64,000 nt of DNA. Origin: Hyaloraphidium curvatum SAG 235-1 (Eukaryota; Fungi; Monoblepharomycota). The notes beneath the pieces are model-generated. The model was not told the DNA's origin and made no database searches. It worked only from the letters and a program-made list of their open reading frames with translations. Each line of letters opens with the position of its first letter. The first letter of the stretch is position 1. The stretch is from assembly GCA_025558095.1 (NCBI GenBank), contig JAIVFI010000002.1:124001-188000 (forward strand). The letters are read 5' to 3'. Shown in pieces: positions 35,445 to 44,749 of this stretch. The translations under genes and the position numbers were made by a program.

Positions 35445-38400
35445 TCAGCTCAGATCGAACCCGGCGCCCGCCTCGATCGCGTACAGCAGCTTCTTCTTCA
35501 TCGTGTCCCGATCCCTGAAGGGCGGCAGCTTCAGGAGGTTCATGCACGTGCTCGCCGTCGGCAGCCTATCCTCGCTCTCCCTCCCCGCCGAGTGGATGCA
35601 GAACTGCGGGTGGAGCTCACGGAAGCCCAGGAGCGGGGGCCTCGAGCAGCTCGTCGCAAAGCGCAGAAGCTTGCGCCGCTCGGCGTCGCCGAATCCGCGG
35701 ACCACCTCCCAGAAGATGGAAATGGTCGGGTGATCGGCGCTGTACCCGCCCGAATATGCCGTGTGGTGCCGCAGGTCCTCCACGTCGACCGGTACCTCGG
35801 CGCCCGAGATGAGCACCTGCAGCTCGCGCTCGTCAAACATCTGCAGCCATGCGGGCTCGATCAGCGCCTGCATCCCCCTCAGGAAAGCCTCGCACTGCGC
35901 CCGGATCGAGACGTTGAGCCGGTAGTTGGCCCATAGATACACAAACTGGAGCCGGTTCTCGGCCGTGACCTCGACGTTGCGCCCGTTGGGTATCAGGTCC
36001 ACCGTGCGCGGCTGCCCGAGCGCATTGTCCGTCACGGAAAAGGTGAGGCCAAGGTCGGAAAAGTCGCCGCGGTAGTTCTTGATCTCCACCAAATTCTTGC
36101 TCAGCTCCGGGTCCAAAGAGCTCAGGTCCCCGATGCTGCACGGTCGCTTCAGCATCTTACGCAGGAAGAACTGGGCAAACGGCAGTTCGACGAGTATGCG
36201 CTCGTAGACCGCCTTGCCGACCATCTTGCCCAGGAATTCGAAGTGCCGCAACGCCTCTGGCCCGTGTACGGCGAAGGCCTCGGGATTCGGATACAGAAGA
36301 TTCTGCGGCGTCTCGCGGAAGAAGCCCAGCGCCGGATCGAAGCCCCGCTTGAGCAGCTCCGTCAGAAACTCCTTGAAGAGCCCGCCGCCGTCGATCCCCG
36401 CTTCCTCCAGGCCGTGCTCGTCGATGAGCTGGATCCGGATCCGGCCCTTGAGCCTGCTTGATTCGTCGGCCAGCTTCTCGAAACCGTCCTCGTAGAGATA
36501 CGGCCGCCTCACACGCGCAAACACGGAGCCCATGACCTGCTCGTACGAGTTCACCCTGGTGCTGGCGTCCTGGTCGAGAAGCCGCTGGAACAACCGCACG
36601 CGAGCCGGAAAGGGGATGACGAAGGGCAGGTGCCGGAGGAGCTGCACGGACCGCGCGTTGGCCGACTGCGCACCGCCAGGTTTCACGTCGGCCGGGGTGT
36701 CTGGCTCGTCCAGAACGTCCTCGTCGGGAATGTCGAAGAGATTCAAGGGGAGAGTGTCGACGCGCACGTCCACGGTCGCGTGTAGCCAGTGCCCCGGCGG
36801 ACAGAAGGATCGGCGGGCGTCCCAATCGTGGAGGTCGCGTAGGACCACCGTGGCCTCGCGGCGGAGCGCAACCAGGCGGTCACCAGTCGTTCCGGGCTGC
36901 CTGTTGGCCACGTGGAGGTGCACAGCGACGTCCCGAAGCACGGCAGAAAGCTCCACGACGTCCGAAACAGCAAATACACCCCGCGCCTCTCCCGAGGAAA
37001 AGTCCGCGTCGTCCATGGTGACGAGGCGCCGCGAGTACCCGCCCGAAAGAGGGCCCAGGAGCCCCGAAAGGGCATCCTTGTCCGCGTCCGTCGCTTGACC
37101 CTTCAGGAACTTTGCCGCCAGACCCAGCGATCGCGCCGAAGACCAGAGCTTCCTCATCAGCGAGGCCGACGCGGCGACGGCGGTGAGCACGGCGTCCCTG
37201 GCCGTGCGCGATCTGGTCATCAGCTCCAGGAAGAAGAGCCCGGCCGAAGCAGCCTCTGTCGGGCGGATGTCCGGGGCCCGGGACGCGATGGCACGGAGAA
37301 ACTCGGGATCAACGATCGAAAGCACACGCTGGCGAAGGCGTGGGTTGAAGGGCGGTTCGGCCGGCCGGGCAGGGCCGGGGCGCGGCGGCTCGTCAATGTC
37401 CATGTCGTCGTCGTCGTCCACAGCACTCCGGCGGATGGCGGCCGTTGGCTTCGAATAGCCGAAAGCCGTCCGCGGAAGAGAATGGGCGAGCAGGCGGAGG
37501 GAGTCCAGGACGGCTGCCAGCTCGTCCGCGGGTAGGGCGGGCACGCGGTCGCCGACGGCCAGCACCAGCCCCGCCAAAAGGTTCGCAGACTCCTCGATCG
37601 TCGTCGTGGGCAAAGGAGAGGAGGATCGCAGCGCGGCAGCCAGCTTCCCGAACGGCAGCAATCTCCGAATCAAATCCAGCGTGGCCTTCGGGAGAGAGTC
37701 AAACGCAGGGAGAGCAAGGATCGAGATCGAAAACTGGATCAAAGAATCCGGGCTGTCGGGATTAAGGAGGCGGAAACAGAGCTGGGTGGCGAGCGTCGAC
37801 GGGGCTTGGTCGTCGAGGGACTTGAGGGAATCGGGTGGGTCAGAAGAGGGTGTCCTCCCGGCAGAAAAGGCACGAACCAGAGCGAGAATGTTGCGCAGCA
37901 GGGAGTAAGTGCCTATGCTGACCATGTGCGATAGCAAGGCCTGCCGCCTCGGTCGTCCAGGTGCCGCATCGCCGGACGGCCAGACGGCAGGGTCCGTGAC
38001 GACCAGCAGAGCCTTCAAACTCTGCTCCAGTTGCCGCGAATCAGGAGGCAAGCTGCAATGGAGCGCCAAAGGATTGAAGGGAGATGAGCGACGCCTCGCG
38101 CCATCTGGAGATCTCGAACCCACCGAGCGGCCTCGGCCTTCAACCTCCCCAGGCACACGGAAGTGAACCTCTTCAACTGATGCAGCCACCTCCAGGCAAG
38201 ATCTCCGCTGATCATCTCCTCGTTGACGGTCGATGGCGCTGCCGTTCGCGTCAGCCACGGCGAAGAAGGCGCGGAACGCCGTGGAATCCCACGCGACAGC
38301 AAGCTCCCCAGCCAGATCCCAAACTCGGCGACCCGCTTCGCGGCATTCGGCTCGGCAAGGCCCAGGAACGTGAATCGCCGGACAAGTTCCAAGAGATCAG

Positions 38401-38728
38401 CCGGTCCGGTCGGCCCCGACGCCCGAGCTCCGGCGAACGCCGAGTCGAACGCGGCCAGATCCGCTTTCCGGGCCCGGGCGACCGCCGTGCGGCCGCGGAA
38501 GAAGGCCTGGAGAGCAATGAGTCAGCAACGTCCGGAGATCAAGGCGGAAATCGCCCCCACCTGGATCTTCCGCGCCGAGCGGTGCTGCCGCGCTTCGAGG
38601 TCCCGCGCCGCCCGCGCCGCCCGCGTGTCGGCCACCACGGCGCTCTTGGTCGTCGCCCGCGATGCCGACGCCCCGCCGAGGTTCACATTTCTCCGCTTCC
38701 GCGGGTCGCCGTCGAACAGGAAGTTCAT
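35445..38728 (-). CDS. UBE3C: HECT E3 ubiquitin ligase, UBE3C/Hul5-like
   Basis: N-terminal MNFLFDGDPRKRRNVNLGG; IQ motif formed across intron 38507-38560; EAGIDGGGLFKEF; C-terminal RLPTASTCMNLLKLP...GFDLS. Confidence 0.92.
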
Positions 38729-38761
38729 CGTCGAACAGTGGGCGCGCAAGCGACACTCGTG

Positions 38762-38803
38762 TGTAATGAGGAGCTATGCGCGACTGTCTGTAATGAGGAG
38801 CTA
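38762..38803. repeat. 15-bp direct repeat TGTAATGAGGAGCTA (38762-38776, 38789-38803) near the 3' end of the non-LTR element
   Basis: Read directly from the sequence. Confidence 0.9.
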
Positions 38804-38832
38804 GCAATCCCACCGTACACTTAGAAATCCCC

Positions 38833-39776
38833 CTACGCCCCAAGAATCAGCTCCTCATCTACATTCAAACCAAATGCGACCGGCGCGGGGGCCGGAGCGT
38901 TGACAGCGGCGGCTTCGGTGCACAGCTGAAGCCAGTGTTGGAGTTGGGCCGCGACGCCAAGAGCCCAGGCCACCGCGATCCGTTCGCGGAAGCGCCGCAC
39001 AAAACGAGAGTAAAGGCCATCGAGGTCCACGGGCTGCCCATCGCGGCCGACGATCCCGGGATACTGGATGCGCCCCATCTCCGAGGAGAAGCGCGAGAAA
39101 GTGGCAGAGACAGCGCTGTACGAATCAAAAGCAAGCACGATCAGAGGGTAGAAGTTGGCGTTGAAGACGAAACGGGAGTAGTCCTTCCTGGCGGCCTCGA
39201 CCCGCCGTTCGACTGCGTGGCCCGGGACCGAGAAGACCAGGCCCGTGTGCAAATGGGCCATAGAGGTGAGGGTCTTGATCTCGAGCAACCACCGTTTCCG
39301 GGTTTCGCGGTGCGTGATGAGAACGTCGCCAAGGCGGCCAGCATCCGCAGGCGTGGGCGGGGTGACAGTCTCGTAGCCATGCGCAAGGAGGTTTGGCGGC
39401 ATGGGGTGCACGCGGAGGAGCGGGATGGAGCGAAGCGCCGCGCGGATGGCCGCGCAAATGTCGTCGTGACCAGGACTGAAGAGATCCCGGCCATAGCAGC
39501 CCGAGAACGCGTGCTCCCCCGTCAGCGACATGGCCGATCGCTTGCAGCCCCGCCGGCAGGGCAAGGAAAGACCAGGGTAGTCGGCCTCGTGCAGGAGCGG
39601 GAGGCAAAGCCGGAAGCGTACAAGTAAGCGGAAAAAGTTGTTGCGAATGTGGTTGGCAAGCAGCGCGGGAGAGGCAGTCAGGAAAGCCGACAGGCCGTCC
39701 TGCGCCTGGACGAGCCGCTTGCGGCGCTCCAGACCAGCGGAAGTGGTGGGTTGCAAGGCAATCAGAGCCGCGAGGC
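38833..39776 (-). CDS. C-terminal part of the non-LTR ORF: CCHC knuckle plus restriction-like endonuclease
   Basis: CRRGC...EHAFSGC, GHDDI, RLGDV...WLLEIKT (PD-(D/E)xK-like). In frame with 47038-50005 once the LTR element is removed. Confidence 0.85.
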
Positions 39777-39780
39777 GGCG

Positions 39781-40256
39781 TGCGACGGTCCGGGTCGGAA
39801 CCGGGCCTGAAGCTCTAACCCGGCGCGCGAATCCCGCTCGGCTCTTCGGGTCGGATAGGCCCTGAATATGAATAAGCGAACAGCGCTGAAGATACTTGAC
39901 TGTAGCCGGGGGAAAGAGGTTACGGGATGTCTCCCGGGGTGCGTCCCAAGGGCTCTCAGAACGAGGATCCGGCCGGGCGGGGTTCCGCACGGTGGTCGAA
40001 CGACACGGAGAGCACGTAGAGTCAACTGGCGATCAAGATTGTACTGTTACATGTCCCGCTCTTTATATATCCCAGGAGGGTGGCTGTGCCGAGTCACTTG
40101 CGAGTCGCTCGCGAGTCGCTCGCGAGTGACTCGCGAGTCACTCGCGAGTCGATCGCGAGTCGATCACGAGTCGATCGCGAGGACCGACGCCTCCACGCCT
40201 CCGAACCGAAAATGAAAATACCCTTGTCCGAATGTCAGACGTCCTGTACCTTCGCA
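39781..40256 (-). repeat. 3' LTR (476 bp)
   Basis: Identical by eye to 46562-47037; contains TATATAAAG and an 11-bp repeat array. Confidence 0.95.
40090..40181. promoter_or_regulatory. LTR U3 array of about 8 x 11-bp units with palindromic TCGCGA core (same array at 46871-46962)
   Basis: CGAGT(C/G)(A/G)(C/A)TCG tandem units upstream of a minus-strand TATA box. Confidence 0.7.
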
Positions 40257-40271
40257 CGCCCCCACCCAAAA
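40257..40271 (-). promoter_or_regulatory. Polypurine tract
   Basis: TTTTGGGTGGGGGCG immediately precedes the 3' LTR on the minus strand. Confidence 0.8.
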
Positions 40272-40398
40272 GAAGGCGCCGCCCTCGGCGCCACGAAATC
40301 GAAGATCCTCCGCGGAGTGACGTCATGCTTGCAGTAGAAGATGTTGAAGGCCGAGGTGGAGACAACAGATGTTGGAGAGTGTAGGGCCGAAGGGTGGC

Positions 40399-41664
40399 TT
40401 AGGCGTCCTCAAAGTCGACGTCGGCGTCCGCCTCGTCGTCGCTCGGCGGCGGGGCGCGGAGCCGGCGGGTAAAGCCGAGAGCGAAGGCGGCATGCACGGC
40501 TGAGCCGTCCGCGGCCGAGGGGGTGTAGACCGGGGGCATGGTCGACTTGTAGGGAGCGGCCGGGATGTCGTCGTACAGGGCGGCCAAGAGGCCGTCGTCC
40601 TGCGAGACGATGGAGGAGGCGTCGCTGCTGGACACGCTCTCGGGGCGAGGAGCTGGAGGTTGCATATCCCCAGCCTCATCGTCGGAGGTGACGAGGTCCT
40701 CGTCCTTGACGCGGCCGACCGGCGTGGAGGTGACCACGGCGGGCGTCGTTTGCCCCGCCAGGGGAGCCACTTGATTGCCGAGGAAGCGACGCAGGAGGGC
40801 CCGTTGCTCGTCGGCGGTCTTGGTGAAGTGCTCGCGCTGCGCGTTCAGGCCGGCCGTGAGGAGCGTGGTGTGGTCTTGAGCTGAAAGCATGAGCTGCTTG
40901 TGCTGCTCCGACCCAAATCGCTGCAGATGGGCCGCCAGGACGCTCTTGAGGTCGGCCGCAAACTCCGCCATGGGGCCATTGTTGTGACGGGCGAGATTGG
41001 TCTCGACGACGGTCTCGATGGTGGTTTCGAGGTTGGTCCCGGTCTGAGCAACCAGCCCGGCGAGGGAAGAGCCGAACTCCCTCAACTCCTCGATGGTAGC
41101 TTCGTCCACCAGGAGAATGCCGTTGAAGTTCTGACGTTGAGCCTCGAGCACCAACGCAAGCCGGTCGAGCTGCGTCTCGATGGCACCGAGACGAGCGTCG
41201 TCGGTCCGGCGCAAGGCGGTGACGGCGAACTCAAGTTCGCGGTGGCGGCCACTGAGGACCACCTGGAGCTCGTCACGCTGCTGGCGGATCTGGGCGTCCA
41301 GGCGGGCCTCTTGCTGCTCGAGCGTCGCCGTTACGCGGTCAAGAGCGTGCTGCTCCAGGTTGCCGACATTGACGAGGGTGTTGAGCACCGGGTGGAGTGC
41401 GTCGAGGGCTGCGCGGATGGGCATGACCGCGGAGAAGGCGGCCTGCTCGACCTTGTGCAAGTGGGCCGTCGTCTGGGAGTGTCTGACGTCGAGGTCGGCC
41501 CGGAGGTCGTCCAGCCGGGTCGAGAGGGAGGCAAGCGCCGACCGATAGTCCGGGGGTACGACGCCAGGCAACGCAGCGACGGGCGCAGTCGCCGGCGGCG
41601 GCGCCGTGGCCACATGCGGCCGGCGGGGCCGCAGGTTGTGGCCGGCAGTCGTGGGGGTCGCCAT
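40399..41664 (-). CDS. LTR element accessory ORF3, long coiled coil with acidic tail (421 aa)
   Basis: Intact ORF in the env position; heptad-like L/V spacing; no signal peptide or TM helix. Confidence 0.75.
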   Translation of the reverse strand: MATPTTAGHNLRPRRPHVATAPPPATAPVAALPGVVPPDYRSALASLSTRLDDLRADLDVRHSQTTAHLHKVEQAAFSAVMPIRAALDALHPVLNTLVNVGNLEQHALDRVTATLEQQEARLDAQIRQQRDELQVVLSGRHRELEFAVTALRRTDDARLGAIETQLDRLALVLEAQRQNFNGILLVDEATIEELREFGSSLAGLVAQTGTNLETTIETVVETNLARHNNGPMAEFAADLKSVLAAHLQRFGSEQHKQLMLSAQDHTTLLTAGLNAQREHFTKTADEQRALLRRFLGNQVAPLAGQTTPAVVTSTPVGRVKDEDLVTSDDEAGDMQPPAPRPESVSSSDASSIVSQDDGLLAALYDDIPAAPYKSTMPPVYTPSAADGSAVHAAFALGFTRRLRAPPPSDDEADADVDFEDA

Positions 41665-41756
41665 GGGAGACGGTAGCGGCGAGGTCGACGTTGGGTGCGT
41701 AGTCCGCGGCCGCGGCCTCCTGTGGTCCGCCGCTTATATGGTGCGAAGCGCAGGCA

Positions 41757-41892
41757 ACTCGCGAGTGCATCGCAAGTCGCTCGCGAGTGACTTGCGAGCG
41801 ACTCGCGAGTGACTCGCGAGTCACTTGCGAGTCAACCGCGAGCCAACCGCGAGTCAACCGCGAGTCAACTGCGAGTCGAGTCGACCGCGAGT
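41757..41892. promoter_or_regulatory. Internal ~12 x 11-bp CGCGAGT array, putative bidirectional promoter
   Basis: Same unit as the LTR U3 array. A TATA-like CATATAAG (minus strand, 41733-41740) lies between it and the ORF3 ATG. Confidence 0.6.
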
Positions 41893-42032
41893 TCGCCCGC
41901 ACACCGGGTCACCAGTCCCCGCCACGGGGGACGGGGCGCGAGCGAGGGCCGTACGCCATTGCGTCGACGAAAGCGCTCGCGGGGGATCGCGACGTAGGGT
42001 CCAGAAGAGCTGGGGGGATCTCCGCGCCTGTC

Positions 42033-42778
42033 ATGAGTGCGGAGCTGCCGAACGTCGTCCCGCCGAGTTCGTGGTTCGAGGTTCGGTTGCCGACCTTCGA
42101 CGTCCTGCTGTGCACCAAGGTAAGAGCGTAGCGGCGTGGTCCTCGAACGGGAGCTCAGCGCCGCGCCAGGAGGACGACGTGGTCGACTGCTTCCTGCAAC
42201 TGGTGCGTCTGGCCGCCATGCGCGGGATGTTGCCGCTGGCCGAAGAGGCTGGGAACGTCGTTGTCGAGGTCCGAGTGCTCCGTCGGCTCGTCGCCGAGCT
42301 GCGCGAGGCCGGCGGGACCGCCAAGCTGCGCGAGGCTGGCGGGGCCAGAGGCAACGACCCGATCGCGGCCGCGGCCGCAACCCGGACCTCCGGCGTCTTC
42401 CTGCCGGCGATGTCGTCGAAGGGTGCGCCTTCCGTCGGCGAGGGCGAGTCGGCGGCGGACTCGAGGGAGGAGCTCGAGGCGGCCGACGAAGTCCCCGTGC
42501 TGTCAGTCACGCTTCATGCGCCCTCTTGGGAGCTGGACCACTTAGGCGACTTCGAGGCCGCCACTGAACAAGGGAGCGCCTTCCAGACGGCCCAAACGGC
42601 AACTTCAGGTAAAGACGAGGGGCATGTGGTGCAGCGCGGGGAGGCCCGGGAGCAGATTGCGCAGGTGAACGGCTCGACGGGAGTACGCCCCACAAGCGCT
42701 GATCGTAGCTCGTCCATGATCCGAGCAAAGGTTGCAGGAGCGTTGGTAAAGCCCATGGCCATCCGCTCCCACTGGTAG
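42033..42778 (+). CDS. Antisense spliced accessory gene inside the LTR element (3' part probably lost to the deletion)
   Basis: Exon 42033-42119, phase-0 intron 42120-42169 (GTAAGA...GCTCAG...CCAG), exon 2 in frame with ORF 41825-42778. Confidence 0.55.
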
Positions 42779-44742
42779 AGACCGCGGTGCGTCGTGAAGG
42801 CCGTCTTTTCCTTGTCCTCGTCGGCCACCTCCACGTGCCAAAAGCCGGAGCGGATGTCGCAAACGCTCCACACCTTGGCCGCGCTGAGGAGAGCGAGAGT
42901 GTCGCTTGGGTTCTTCATCGGGTAGACGTCGCGCTTGGTGGCGGCGTTGAGCTTCCGGTAATCGATCACCAGGCGCCATTCGCCCGAGCCGTGCCCTTTT
43001 GGCACCATGATGCAGGGCGTGGCCCAGGGGCTTCGCGAGGGGACGACTACGCCCTGCACGAGCAGGTCGTCGATGATCTTGTCCATTTCCCCGCGAAGCC
43101 GGAACGGGGTCCGGTACGGCATCTGGTGGATCGGCTTGAGGTCGCCCGTGTCGATCCGGAAGCGATGGTTGCGCAGCTTGCCGATCCAAGGACCAAACAC
43201 GTCCCGGTAGCGGTCGCAGAGCTTATGGAAACGAGGTTTGTCCCCCTCGCTCAGGATCGTTTGGTCCATCTTGAGCTCGATAGCCTCGACCGGAGGAGGC
43301 TCCACGCCGGGAGGCTGAGGTGGTCCAATCGATCCCGGCGAGGGCACCGCGAACAGATCGATGGTCTCCTCGACCGTGAGCGTGGATTCGGCCGGTTCGG
43401 TGTGGGGCAGCTCGGGCTCCAGCATCGAGATCTGCGCGGGAGCCAGATACGTGGGCGGTTCCGGAGCGAGAAATCCAGGAATCCGCACGCGGAAGCGGCC
43501 GAGGTGGGTGCCCGGGCCGATCGTGACCGGTGTCGTCCCGTAGTTGCGGATGAGAATCGGCAGCCGACCGTCTCTGTCGGGCGTCGCCGACGGGATGATG
43601 AAGAGGCGATCGAACGGCGAAGTGTTCGGCGTCTCGATGACCCCTGTCAAGTCCATCTCCACGACGGTCGCCAAGGGAGTCGTCGGGGCCAGCTCAGCGG
43701 TGATCGAGACGTCCTCGTTGGGGTAGACCGTGATGGAGGTGGTTGAATGGAGCGGGGCGACCAGGTGTGATCCGAAGAGCGGTCGCGCAACAATGTGCAT
43801 TGGCACGACGACCCCCTCCGGATCGTCCTTGAAATAGAGGACCGGCGTCTCCCAGTCCATCTGAACGCGTAGGGCGGAGAGCCAAGGGGTGCCGAGGATC
43901 ACGTCGTCCATGAGACCGTCCATGATGGCGACGTCCATGACGCAGTGTTGATTCCCGACCAGGATGTCCATCTTAGCAACTCCGCGGACCCACATGGTTC
44001 CGCCGGCCGCGGCCGTGCTGAGGGTGCCGAGTGTCCATGGTTTGATCGGTGGCGACGGGTGGATCCGGCAGAAGAAGGACGACCGAACCGCCACCACTGA
44101 GGCACCGGAGTCGACGAGGGCCGCGGGGGTATTCACGCCGTTGACCCATGCCGAAACGCGTGCCGCCTGATAGTGGAACTGCACTTGCGAAGTCCACGTC
44201 CAGCGATCCGGCGGAGGGGCGACCGGAGCAGGTGGCCGCGGGCGAGGCCGAGGGCCAGGCAGCGGTGGTCGTGCGTAGGCGGAAGGAGGAGGGGGCCTTT
44301 CGAAAGGTCCGGGAACGGCGCGGACGGTCGGGCCCTCGTGCATAGGTGCATCCGCTGATCCCGCGTCCGCATCCTGTGCCGCCGGTTCACCGTTTCCCAC
44401 GACCTCGACCGAGCCGGGCGACGCCGAATCCGCTGCCGGCGGCGGGGCCAGGGTCTCGTCGATCGGCATGAGCGCCTCCCGCTGCTGACGAACGGCGGCC
44501 TGTCGAGCTGCCTCCGCCTCGAGGAAGAGGATGTACTCCGTGCCCCCGAAGGGCCAATGATGAACGTGGTCCTCCGCCGTCGGTTCATCGGTCGCGGAAT
44601 CCGACAACTCCGGCGATCCGCCAGGAGATGAAGGGTCCGTGCCGTCCGGCAGCGGGGAAGTTCCAGGAAGAGGTTCCACATGTGGTTCAAGAGCTTGGAT
44701 CTCTGCCCCCCTATGGCCGTGCGGCACTGAGGGCAAAGCTAG
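42514..44742 (-). pseudogene. pol: Truncated pol: aspartic protease, dUTPase-like linker, N-terminal half of RT
   Basis: LVDSGA protease; SPWATP, WRLVIDYRKLN, DIRSGFWH, KTAFTT, MAMGFTNAPATFAR. Homology ends near 42700, before YxDD; no RNase H or integrase. Confidence 0.9.
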
Positions 44743-44749
44743 TTTTTTG
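44701..44749 (-). promoter_or_regulatory. -1 ribosomal frameshift signal (A_AAA_AAC plus downstream stem-loop)
   Basis: CCA AAA AAC TAG at the end of gag; pol is in the -1 frame; CTTTGCCCTC/GGGGGCAGAG stem starts 3 nt downstream. Confidence 0.8.

Noticed and set aside
39868-40215. 115-aa ORF duplicated at 46649-46996
   Set aside because: It is a translation of the LTR and its repeat array.
41757-41892. Repeat arrays as a CRISPR
   Set aside because: Contiguous 11-bp units without spacers, no cas genes, eukaryotic context.
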